Shown piece by piece: positions 1-11,770 of a stretch of 64,000 nucleotides of DNA. Both the position numbers and the translations under genes were made by a program. The stretch's first letter is position 1. Every line of letters starts with the position of its first letter. Source of the stretch: Cystobasidiomycetes sp. EMM_F5 (Eukaryota); the NCBI GenBank assembly GCA_051047955.1, contig JBPGPT010000031.1, forward strand, positions 1-64,000, written 5' to 3'. The notes beneath the pieces are model-generated. The model did no database searches, was not told the DNA's origin, and saw only the letters and a program-made list of their open reading frames with translations.

Positions 1-43
1 GATGGTGCCGATGAGATGCCGTAGTGATGTTGACCCGCAGACT

Positions 44-120
44 ATTTAAGGGAGATGTCGACCCTTCCTTCTCTCTTCTCTTCTTCAACAGACCACATTC
101 CCTCCCACATTCTCCCCAAA
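44..120 (+). promoter_or_regulatory. Putative core promoter (TATTTAA followed by CT-rich tract) of the Cys-rich secreted protein gene
   Basis: TATTTAAG at ~44-50, then a pyrimidine-rich stretch at 62-117, about 200 nt upstream of ATG 241; typical fungal core promoter layout. Confidence 0.4.
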
Positions 121-240
121 TATCATCAGCTTGAAAGACTCTCAGTCCTTCCGGCACCCACACTCTTTTGAACAACCCACACTCATTTATACACATAAAT
201 CTTCGACCTTTACCTCCTCAACTCAACCACTGCAATCACC

Positions 241-1813
241 ATGTTGTCGTCACTCGCCATCGCAGCAGTAGCTACGCTCGGAGCCCAGCTCTTTGGTTCT
301 GCCGAGGCTCTTGGCGTCAATTGTCTATCTTCGGCCCTCGTCTGCCCAGCCCTCAGTCTGGTCAATGGCGTAGTCAGCTCAGCCGGATTGGCCAATACCG
401 GAAATGCTCTCTTTGGAGCCAATGGTCTTACCTGGTAAGTACTCAATTCGTAGGCATAAAATGGACTTTGCAGACTGAGCAATACCCTATTATTTAGTAA
501 CTACGGATCCAATCTCGCCCTCATCCAGTGTAACTACGATGGTAAGGTTTCCATGCATTATGCAAGTCCACTGGCCGATAAACTAATATTTCATTTTGTA
601 CAGCCAACGGTGCTTTGCAAGTCAACGCTTTGACGTCTACCGCGCTCCTTTGCGCACAGAACATCAAGACCTGCACATCGTGCCCGGCTGGTAATGCTCT
701 GCAGGCTGGCGACTGCGTGCCTTGTACTGGAGGCTTGTATGCTCTAGCAGGCAACACTGGAGGTACGTACTTGACCTGGCGCTAGTTGCAGTCGCATTCT
801 GTTAAACCGCGCGCTAATTGCCAATGTGCTGCCATAGTCTGCCGTGCCTGCCCGACTGGCTTTGTCGTCGATGCCCTCGGCTCAACATGCACACCCGTCG
901 CTACCCCACCCGCTTCCAACTGCGCAACCACCAGCCTCACCTGCCCGACCACCAGTCTGCTCGGCGTCGCTGTCACCACCAGCGTCGTCACCGCTGGCGT
1001 TACGACCTGCAACTACGGTGTACAAGCTTGCGTGTACGATGTGACTGGCCTCCTATCCACTCTCAATGGCTTCCTGAACGGCTGTCCCGCCGACTTGAAC
1101 AAAGCCTGCGCTACTTGCCCACTCGCCAATGGACTCGTCAACGGACTCTGCCAAGCATGCGTTGCAGGTACATTTGCCGTCGTCAATGGCATTCTGCCGT
1201 GCCAGGCCTGCCCAGCTGGATTCGTACCTACTGCCGATAGATCGTCGTGCGTCGCCATCGCCCCAACTGGCTGCCTGACTACCACATCTGCCTGCCCCGC
1301 CGTCGACGCTGCTGGAAATGCGTACAACGCTGGTCTCTCCTCCATCTTTGCGGCCAACAACCAGCTCAGCTGCGTGTATGGAGCAGCGGGTCTCAACACC
1401 TGCATCTATGGTCTCAACAGTAAGCTCGTGTAGCTTTGCCTTTGCAGACAGTGTGTCCTGATTAGCTCTTGGTTACCTCCAGGCGGCATTCTTACCGGAA
1501 CGAGCCTCAACAACAATCTCTGCCTCTCTACGGCTGTCACTGTGTGCGCTTCGTGCCCCGCTGGCTTTGCACTCAACAACCTTGCTTGCACTGCTTGCGC
1601 TGCTGGACAGGTCGCTGGTGTTGGTGTCAATGGTGAGCAGGCTTGTATCGCAACGCTCTATTGCTACCATCTGCTTATGCACTCTGTGCCCATCTAGTCT
1701 GCACAACCTGCCCCGCAACCCAGGTTCCCAACGCTGATCGATCAGCATGCGTTCTCCAAGCATCTGGCATCACCACTCGCCAGCGCCGCCAACGTCGTGC
1801 CGGTGCCAAGTGA
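241..1813 (+). CDS. Secreted cysteine-rich protein with three tandem 12-Cys modules (6 exons)
   Basis: Signal peptide MLSSLAIAAVATLGAQLFGSAEA. GT-AG introns at ~435-497, 542-603, 763-837, ~1420-1482 and ~1633-1697 join into one open frame ending ...RQRRQRRAGAK* (TGA 1811-1813). Repeated CxYG..CxY and CxxCP motifs. Confidence 0.85.
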
Positions 1814-2168
1814 GCAGTAACGCTTGACGGAAGACGTATGTCTCCCTCTATGCGTTCCTCTTCAGCCCTTTTCGGCAGTGATTAGTTTGTTCTGTTCCAA
1901 TCCCCATCTCCTCACACACACTCCTCGCCGTAAGTAGTGCTTCAGGCTATTGCCCATTCGCTTTCTTTGGCTTCCGCTGCGTAGTCCACATCTGTTCCCC
2001 ACCTGTTTAGTAAACTTCCTCTAGCCATCTCGCCATCCTGTTGCGATACTTTACAATGCAACTCGTTACAAATGCCCTCTGGATTAATATTGTTTGCATC
2101 TTGCCGGTATAGCTCTCGTACTTTGCATCTTGCGGTCAATCTTTCGCCAACCCAGCCAGGACACAACC

Positions 2169-2874
2169 ATGCAATATCGACTAGCGCTATCAGCGTCGCG
2201 CATCGCTGCACGGCCTAGACTGGCTCTGGCACTGGCAGCGCCGTCGAGGTCAGCATCGTCGCACGGCCACGGTGAGTTGGGATGCAAAGAGGAAAAGCAA
2301 GAGCTGCGGCCTTGGACGAGAATGGCGGCAGTCAAGGCATATTAGTTACATTAAACGAGACGCTGATTATATTATACTGCCTGTCCAATTGGTTACAGGT
2401 CCGCACTGGCACCAACCGAGCGGATATCTCTTTGGGGAAAAGGTGGGCAGCGAGGCAGTGACTGGCCGTACAGCTGGGCAGTGTTGAGCTTTGACGGTGT
2501 GCTGACCATCTTGTAATGGTCTATACCCTGCTCGCAGCCTGGGAATGGGCCCCGAGTGAAAGAAGATTGGGAGGTGAGGAGACTGGTGCTGAGGGATATT
2601 AATGAACTGATGGACTGGACTACTCAACAACCTCCCCGATACTCCCGCAGAACCTATACGTCTACGGCATGTTTGGCGGAATGGCCTTCATCACCGTTCT
2701 CCTCATGTACAAGCCAGATACATCGTATGTCGACGGGGGAACGAATGCGTCGCAGAGAGCAGAGCTGAGCTTGCATTCAATCTCATCCACAGCGTGCAGA
2801 CGTGGGCGACGTCGGAAGCGAAAAAGAAGCTAGAGCAAGCTGGGGGCATACCCAAGTGGGAAAAGACGACGTAG
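2169..2874 (+). CDS. NDUFB11: Mitochondrial NADH:ubiquinone oxidoreductase ESSS subunit (NDUFB11-like), multi-exon
   Basis: Arg/Ala-rich presequence. Spliced product reads HG-PHWHQPSGYLFGEK-PGNGPRVKEDWE-NLYVYGMFGGMAFITVLLMYKPDTS-VQTWATSEAKKKLE, the fungal ESSS pattern (PxGxLFG, EDWE, TM, KPDTSxxTWA). Confidence 0.85.
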
Positions 2875-3045
2875 ACGTGTACCGGTTGGGCGCAGGATAG
2901 ACATTGTATTACTTGGGACAACGACAGTACGAGACGACTTGCAGAACTGTACAAAACTCATCGAATGCTCCTCGACTGATTCTGATGCGATTAAACCAAC
3001 TTTACTGATATCGTGACCATATCTTGAACGCACTTGTTCAATCGG

Positions 3046-4863
3046 CTACTCGTCCAGCGGATAGGCCAAGCAGAATTTACCAGGCCTGCCCTGGACGAGT
3101 ATAGCTTGTCCATCGGGTGACCACGACACGGACGTCGCGCCAAATTCCGTTTCTGGCGAGTCGACTCGCATCAGCTCGGGTGAATGCACCAATGTCCGCG
3201 TGTACCTACTGCTTGGTATGCCCACTCCCTCCGTAACACCCGCATAGCGCGCTGGGTTGTGATATTCTTCGTGACTCGCTTCTCCTTCCCCCTCCTCCCC
3301 ATAGTCTTCGTCCTCTCCTTGCCCTGATACACTTGGTCTGCTCGACCGCCAGATAATAACGCTCTTCTCTCCCGTACAGACTGCCAAAGCGTGTCTACTA
3401 CCGACATCGCCCGTCGGTCTCCAAGCGATACCCTGAACCGGCAGACGACATTCAAGTATGCACGCCACGCGCGGTCGGAGAGGCGTGAATGGTAATGCAG
3501 GTGAACTCTGTGCGAACCGGAGAATGAGGATTCGACTGGCTGATAGGGGAGTAGTGGACGACACAATGGCTAGATGGGATGATGTGGGCGAGAAACTGAG
3601 ATGCGAAATGCCGAGATGGGATGCGCTGGCTGATTTGACTGATGCTTTCGAGGTGGTCGTACTTGAAATGGAAGTGAGGCTGGGTAATATTGCGTCAAAT
3701 TCGATGATTCCGGCTGAAGAGCCTAGCCAATTCGAGGGCTCTTTGTGAAGAGGCTGAATACGATGGATTGTAATCACTAAGGGTTGTATTTCGAACGATG
3801 CAACGATGCAAGCTTACTACGCGCTTCGTGCTACCGATAGCAGACGCAGTGGCCACTTTCTTTCCCCACGTCGACCAAGGCACTCCAATCTCGACGGCAC
3901 AGCTCCATGTCACGTCTTCCAATATGCGTACAGTGTCGTCGTACCCTGCAAGACACAGGAAGCGGCCAGACGGATGCCAGAGAACCGATCGTATGCCAAG
4001 TCCTAGGAGGGTCTGAAGCGGGGCGTTTGGCAGAGAGGACGGAAAGGTTGGCGAGGTCAACGAGTAGGTGGAGAGGTGTTGCCCGGTTGGTGTCATTATG
4101 TGTATAGTGTACTGTAGCGCGGTGTTGTATTAGCTTGTTTGTTGGTCAAAGCGGGGATATATCTCGCAGCCTACATCAAGCGACGACTCCCACACGGCGA
4201 TGTATGACCCGCATGGGGACCACGATATGTCTACTGCGTCTGACGACGGGAGTGCAAAGTGTCTGACCAGGGACGGAGTGTCGAGATTGTACATGCCTAG
4301 ATGATCCCTACCTCGGTGTCTTTCGAGGATGGCGAGGAAGGGCGACTCCAAAGCGCGAGTGACTGCCCAGCCTGTGATACATCAGTCAGTAGTAGCCTAT
4401 CGAAGAGTGTCCACCGTCATCCACCGCTGTTTACGCCCCTTCTGGGCGAGGTTATGGTGAATTGCCTGCCAGTGTATATATCGTAAAGATGGACAGCTCG
4501 CGCACACCTGGCCCACGTAGCGAGGTAGTCTCCGAGCAGCCTCGCCCCCTGCATACCGTCCATCGTGTCATGCGCGTCCACTTGAAGCACTGGACTGTCG
4601 GAATCGCTTTCGACTGCAAACACGGCTGCCGTTTCCGCCTTTGGATCGTAAACGAGGACGTGGGAGGCGGTATCGGAGAAGGAGATGGAGAGGAGGTGAG
4701 AGGATGCAGCGCTCCCATTCCAAGTATCGACCCTCCAAGACCTGATGACCTGAAACGTCGCAGCTTCCCTCAGGACGACGAGGCTGCCGCACACCAACAG
4801 GACACGCTGCCCGTCTGGACTCCACAGCGTCGACGAGGAGCCGTACAGGGGTGTAAAGTCCAT
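3046..4863 (-). CDS. WDR8: WD40 protein WRAP73/WDR8 homolog (spindle pole body/centrosome microtubule anchoring)
   Basis: N-terminus MDFTPLY..WSPDGQ..LVVLREAATFQVIRSW and internal WSPCGSYIAVWES and LGIRSVLWHPSGRFLCLAGYDDTVRIL match WRAP73 family signatures; several exons visible in ORF track. Confidence 0.8.
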
Positions 4864-4991
4864 GTTTGCAGTTGATGTTGCAGTTGATTGGTTTGAAGGA
4901 AAGACGCGATTACTATTGGCATTGGATTGTTTGCTTTGCTCCGACTAATACTAAAACTGACGGGGCATTACAAGTTATTCTGCTAACGAGC

Positions 4992-7900
4992 ATGTCGCTG
5001 CCCACGTCCTCCACGTCCACGTCCTCCGCAGCCAGCTCAAAGCGGAGCCATACCTCGTCAAAGTCCAGAGTAAACAACAGTATCCTCAGGCAACCATTGA
5101 CGGCGACCTCGACAAACGCAGTGGCCCAGCAGAGCAGTGCGGGTATCAGAGATAATACCAATGGCAGCGCATATCCAGGTCTCGCCGCCAAGACTGGCCT
5201 CGTCAAGCCGTCGCTCAAGGTGGTCAATTCGAAATCCATTGCCGGCCAACTACGCCCAGCTTCTGCACATCTGAACAACAGAGACGGTGCAGCACTACCA
5301 TCCAGTCTGCACAACTCCCGCTCAGCGGCTGGATCTTTAGACGGCGGAAAGAGCGACAATCTGTCATCGACGAATGCCCGAGAGAATGCATCTGCAGGAA
5401 GCAGTACGGGCAACATCAAGGTGGTAGTCAGGTGTCGGTGAGTCGGTATTCCCATGCGCCGAGTTCTGCGTCGTCTAATCCCCTTGACACCGCTCTTGTT
5501 ATTCACAGAGCACCCAACGCGACTGAATTGGCACTTTCGCCATCTCTGCCTCTTCAAGTTTCTTCCACCAAAGGCACCGAAGTCTACATATCGCCATCTA
5601 CTCCCACTTCATCCGCCCTGCCTTCCTCCATTCCGTCAACTGCCGCAAATATAGGTCTGTTGGGCAAGGATGGCGATACGCAGACTACGCCCGACAATGG
5701 TGGCAGAGTGTACGCCTTTGATCATGTCTTTGGAGATCAGGCAGACCAGGCTATGCTGTATGGCGATGTGGTCGCACCGATATTGGACGAGGTGCTGCAG
5801 GGATACAATTGTACTATATTTGCGTATGGACAGACAGGTTGGTACCGCAAAGACCATTCGATGCTCGTGATTGACTGACTCTTGTACATTACGCAGGCAC
5901 TGGCAAGACCTATACTATGGAAGGCGATCTCACTCCATCTGCACTAGGCGCTTTCTCACCAGGAGCAGGAATCATTCCCAGAACGCTCCATCGTCTCTTT
6001 CATATTCTCGAAGGCCGAAGTAACTCCACCACCTCGTCCAGTCCCACCACTGCAGCTGACTTTAGCGTCCGAGTCTCGTTTCTCGAACTGTACAATGAGG
6101 AACTGCGAGATCTGAACGTGAGCGACGCGACGTGGAATGCAGCGAATGGTCTGCAACCAGTAGACGGTACCATACCTCTACCGCCGACTCTACGTATCTT
6201 TGAGGACAACTCGAACTCATCGTCCTCCTTACCTATCGCAAACAGTTCTGCTGCCGTCAGTAGTCAGGGTGTAAGCGCGGCAACAAGACGCGGAGGCGGC
6301 GTGGTAGTGCATGGTCTCGAAGAAACACACGTCTTGTCCGCTGCATCTGCAATACAAATTCTCGCTCGTGGTTCAGCTCGGCGTCAATCGGCCAGTACGA
6401 AATGCAATGATGCTTCGTCTCGCTCGCATGCGGTATTTACCATTACTGTTCACGTCAAGGAGATTTCAAATAAAGGAGAAGATTTACTCAAAGTGGGCAA
6501 ATTGCATTTGGTAGACTTGGCGGGTTCAGAGAATGTAGGAAGGAGCGGGGCTGTCTCCGGAAGAGCGAGAGAGGCGGGAATGATAAATCAGTCCTTGCTT
6601 ACCCTGGGAAGAGTCATCAATGCTCTTGTCGAGAAGAGTCCGCATGTTCCGTATCGGTGCGTTTAACCCAGATCCCACATTCCATATTCGCACTCTGATG
6701 AATCAGTGAATAGGGAATCCAAGCTGACACGCCTGTTACAAGACTCGCTGGGAGGCCGCACCAAAACTTGCATCATCGCAACTGTCTCTCCCTCTCGAAC
6801 GAATCTTGAAGAAACCCTGTCGACACTCGATTATGCCGCCCGAGCCAAATCTATTCGAAATCGACCAGAAGCCAATTCTCGCCTCACAAAAGCGGCATTA
6901 TTGTCTGCTTACGCCAGCGAGATCGAAAGGCTGAAGGCGGATGTCCTGGCTGCGCGTGAGAAGAGCGGAGTCTACCTCTCTGACGAAAGCTGGAAGGAGA
7001 TTTCAGATACGCACGAAAGTAGGCGAAAGGATCTGATGGAAGCGAAACGGCAGAGCGATATCTGTCAGAGTCAGCTACGGACGACTCAGGAGCAATTCGA
7101 TCAGGCTTTACGATTGTTGGGCACACGAGATGCTGAACTCCGGCAACTCAATGATGGACTCGAGATGGAGAAGGGCAACTTGAAGGATCTCGACACGGCC
7201 CTACAAGCCGTTCGGACACGTCTCGAAGACGAAGTGCTCCTGCGAAAAGTTAACGACCAGCATAGAAGAAAGTGGAAGCAGGTTGCGAATCAAGCGGTCT
7301 TTGATGCCGACGCTCTACGTCTGAAAATTGCAAGAAAGCAGGCTGTGGAACTCAGCAATGCTGATGCCGTCAATGACGCGCATACAGTTCTCGACGACTC
7401 GGCCAGACGAATGTTACGACTACTTGAGGATCATCTGAGACATCAAGAAGCGTTCATGACAGACAACAAGAGTAGACTAAAAAGCATGGCGGAGCGTCAA
7501 ATCGAAGTAAGATATACTCGTCTGGATTTCGACATGCTCAGATGCGACATGCTGACCCGCACTTATTCAGGCACTGACATCCAATCACGACTTTCTCAGC
7601 GAGCGGCTAGACAGTCTCCGCGCTGCTGCTGGCAATGTGAGCGCAATGCGAGCGGATCACGACGTTCAGACCAAGGCGTTTCTGCATTTAGTAGAGACTA
7701 CAACAGCAAGTTTGCTTGAGCACGCCACTGTGGCACTTGCCTCAGCTCGAGAAACTGCGAAACATGCCAACAAGGCAGTTCTAGAAGGCAGTCAAGCTCT
7801 TTTTGCTGAAGTGAGTTGAGAATCGCACAGGCCAATACTACTGAGACTGATTACACTCGCAGACCAATGCGACACTTGACGAGATGCATCAGTCTGTCCA

Positions 7901-9051
7901 AGATATATGTACCACGGCGGCTGCCTGTATCGCCAAGCAGACGACGTATGTAGACTTACAAAGAAGAGCAGAGCACGATGCTCTGCGAGCCGAGAACGAA
8001 CGCCTTAGAGCCCACAACGCGGCTCTGAGCCAACTAGTCGCTCAACAAGCTACGGCAGCAACACAATGGCAAAGCGAATTCCTGGCGTCCATCTCCGCAT
8101 CCGTCGGAGCGTTCAGTGCTTCGCAAGATCGCCTACTCAAAACTGGCGTGGAGGCCATTCAGAGTACCTTGCGACACGAGCAGGATGACAGAGTGGCAAA
8201 AACGAAAAGCAAACAAGCGAACCTAGCTCTGCTCGAACAGGAGGCGCTTGCGGCAAGCCAGACGCTCAATACGGCAGCAGATACAATTACGAGCTTGGTA
8301 GCTGAAAGGAAGGCAGTGCGTAGCATTATTTTTTGGGAGGTTATAGACATTGAAAGCTGACCTGTGAACTTATCAATGTGTGCAGTCCTGCTCTAAAAGC
8401 TTAGGCAACATGGTAGCCAACATTACAGCACAATCAGCTCTAGTGGACACAAGCTTAGAAGCGCAGTCGTCTTCGCTCGGAAACGGTGCCGAAGCTATGC
8501 ACCAACATACGAGTGCGTTCGAGCAAGCGAGAGAGGCTAGCTTGACAGCCGTGTCAGCAGAGATTGATGGCATAGTATTGGACGCCATCGAGACTTATGA
8601 AGATTTACAAGAAGACATGGCTGAAAGTCGCACCACTCTGGAGGAGCAGTTTGGTCAAGCAGAAGAGAGTACGGACGAGTACGCGCTGGAAGCACAGCGA
8701 TACTTCGCGCAGAGCAGCGAGACTATTGACGAGGTCCTCCAGACATTGGATAGCAAGCTGCTCAAAAACATGCTGAGAGACGTGCCCACCGGTGCGACTC
8801 CTGCGCGCCGGGCATATACTAGCCAGATCCCGGCAGAGGAACTTGACGATGCGGACGATCCGCTCGACGGCGATCGTTCTGCGGTCATACAACATCTGAA
8901 GCGTTTGGAAGCATCGTCACAAGCGGCTCACTCGCAAGACAATGAGCAGGACAGTCCACAGGTACCTCAACCGCGGCCGGCTATCGCGCATACAATAGCA
9001 GTTCGTAAAGCCACAAGGAGAAGTAGCATGATGCCATCAGGTGTTCGATAA
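4992..9051 (+). CDS. bimC: Kinesin-5 (BimC/Cut7/Kip1/Eg5 family) mitotic motor
   Basis: [27 protein letters not shown]-loop across an intron; [36 protein letters not shown]; coiled-coil stalk; C-terminal BimC box PTGATPARR. Confidence 0.95.
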
Positions 9052-9262
9052 TCGGTGTCGTACATTGCCCGTCCAGCGCTGCTCCTTTTAATCTTGTAAA
9101 GTATAGATATCAGATCGGAGTTGCAGTGTGCGTGTTGTCGTACAACAATATAACAAGCGTTCCTGACCTACTGTTGCACTGCAACACTAAAGGCACTAAA
9201 GGGTATTTGACTGAAGTGACCTGCTGAGTATAGACGAAGACTGGCCCGAACCACGAAGCCTT

Positions 9263-10891
9263 TCAGGAAGCTGTCGCCGCCGCAGCGATATCTGCTGGTT
9301 TTGTGGTAGGATTCGCCGAAGTCTGGACAACGACGGTCGCGGTTGGCGAGACTGGAATGACGACTGCCTGCGGCACTGGTTTTACGATTGGCTTGCTGAA
9401 CTCGTATCCTTTTGCGGTTGCAAAGAACTGGTTGCGGGGGCTGGGTGTCGTCTGTGAAAATTCGTCGACGATGGGTATTTGGAGAACGTTCATCCTATTT
9501 GTGACGACGACGCATGTCTGGCAGGGTATCTCGAGCCAGTCTGCTTTCTCGAATGTCAAGGGCTCAGAAGCGATGAGCTTGATGACAATACAGTCAGTAC
9601 GAAAACGTGCAGATGGAGATGGCCCCGTACCACTATATTCTCCCGCTTGTCATTCTTTCGCATTCGATAGTATCCGCCACTCTTGTACTGCTCAAAGGAC
9701 TGTTTGTGAATTCGTGTCAGACTTCAACAGTCAATCCTCGGTCATTGCAACCTACACTGCCAGTTGAAAACCACAGACTGGCCGCTTCGTCCGTTCTGCT
9801 CGATATATAGCGAGTAGCGATAATAGTGTGCCCATCGGTGACACAAAAATTGAGTAGTGACGGCTCGGTCGTTCCCGCTTCTGCTGCCCAGGCATTCAGG
9901 GTCGAGATCGTCTCAAGGACTGCTTGTTGCAATATCCGGAAAGGAAAACATGGCGCGTCTACATCTGCTAGCTAAAACAGCATGTAAGCATACTCAATGT
10001 CATCGGGATCCTTGTACACTCACCTTGGACAGCTTTTGGAGAAATAGCGAAAAACACCACTCCGAGTCTGTACCACCGCCGGGCAAGTTGAAGAAACGGT
10101 CATCCAGTGCAGCCTGCAGTTTCCGCTTAATGGCGTTGAAATTTGCGACTTCTCCGTTGTGCATAAACATAAGCGAGCCAAGTGACCAGGGGTGGCCTAT
10201 TAGACATGATTAGCAATGTTTTAGGGCTAGCTATGACATAAGGGACTGCGGGGACGCTCACAGTTGGGTTCGCTGACTACGCCCATGGTGCTTGCGCGTA
10301 CGTGAGCAAAAACAAGGCGAGATTTGAGCTTTTCAGCCAGTCTGTGCAGATTTCTGTTTGACCATGCTGGAGTGATGGCAGTGAATATGCAAGGTGTATT
10401 TGGGTTGCGCTTGCCGAGAGCGTCTTTGGGAGCGACATTTGACGCAGGACAGGGATCAGGATCAGGGTACGCGTCGTAGAAGCCCAGTCCGAAGCCGTCT
10501 GGGTATATCATTGTCGGTATATAGCGATGAGCAATGACAATGTCGCCATAAGCGAGCTCACCAGCATTCAAGTTTCCGCCGGCCAGACGGAGTCGCGAGT
10601 CTGCTGCTTGTGATATGATGGAGTGGACTGTGTTGCATCACCGTATAAATCAACATTCCCATCAGTGATTTGATCCGATATGGCCAATCAACACTATGTC
10701 GCTAACCTGGACGGGTAATGAGCTGCAAAAGCGATAAAGTCAGCCTAATAAATGTCAGTCTTCAGTATCAGCACCACGACTCGCATCAGCCAGTTCGAGC
10801 GGCTCCTTTGCCTTGACTGCCAGTAGACGACCTGGATATTGATCCGTCAATTGATTATCCAACTTGTCCAACACTGCGGCGACTGACACAT
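9263..10891 (-). CDS. DUG3: Class II (Ntn) glutamine amidotransferase DUG3, glutathione degradation
   Basis: Spliced N-terminus MCRLLAVKAKEPLELADLITRPVHSIISQAADSRLRL..NADGFGLGFY with catalytic Cys2; PAWSNRNL, FAHVRAST, SLLNFCVTDG..IATRYISSRTDEAASLWFSTG, LTFEKADWLEIP. Confidence 0.92.
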
Positions 10892-10914
10892 TAGAATATC
10901 AGCAGTACCGCAGC

Positions 10915-11673
10915 ATGACCAGCCGTATCGAGGTCTTCTGTAGGTGCGGCGTCTGCTCAGGATGTCGTCTGGCAGAGTGCGGAGGACTGACTGGATTTCA
11001 AACAGATACGTCCATCGTCAGCAACCAAAAGATCCGAAAGAATCAGGATTTGGTAGACAGGACGCTCGCAAAGATACCGCACCAGAGATACGATATCGCT
11101 AGCGACCAAGCTGCAAAGGTGCGCTTTCGAATGGTGTGTTTGCTGTTGGATGGCGCTGATTGTGGGGCATCTCTAGGCAATATGGAAGCGCAAGAATGGA
11201 GGTAAACACGAACATCTCGCCTTCCGAGTTCCAACGTCGTATACTAACGCGCATTCGTCGTCTACAGGCAGCACCGAACTACCGCTAATCCTGGTCGACG
11301 GAGCACGGCCTGGTGGAATTGAGCAGCTCGAAGAAGCGTGCGTACGCCATTTGTAATGCACATACACCAGCTAACAAGACTCGCTTTGTTCATCGTTAGC
11401 GTCGAGTACGGCGAAGTGCGGCAATTCCTTCGTTTGGACGAAGCGCCGGCTCCCTCGACTGCGGACAACGACGCCCTTCTATCAGATCTAAGTAAAGAGC
11501 AAGCCGACGCACTTGCGGCAGAGTTGGAACAGGCAGAAGCTGCGAGTAGTGCTACACCGCTACAGCCTACGAGTGAGGGGAATCCGGGCAACGCCCAGGG
11601 AGCGGTACCATCAGCAATGGTCAAGGCGCCTGGAACGGCGGAAGCTGAGGAATTTGAGACGGGCATGTCGTGA
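10915..11673 (+). CDS. SH3BGR-like (thioredoxin/glutaredoxin-fold, no CxxC) protein with acidic tail
   Basis: Spliced (introns from 10940-11005 onward): MTSRIEVFYTSIVSNQKIRKNQDLVDRTLAKIPHQRYDIASDQAAKAIWKRKNGGSTELPLILVDGARPGGIEQLEEAVEYGEVRQFLRLD..., the SH3BGR pattern. Confidence 0.8.
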
Positions 11674-11770
11674 GGATGATGGTTAAATGGCGCTATTGCA
11701 GCCGTCTTTGTCGTTATGTATTGTCATGCGGGGCTCCGCTTCTTGTCTTTAGACCAAGTCGACCCGGGCG

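Noticed and set aside
4913..5557. Long antisense ORFs here and over NSE4 (20602-21294), PP2C (35510-36118) and GST (45695-46261)
   Set aside because: Overlap well-supported genes on the other strand; expected in GC-rich coding DNA; no motifs
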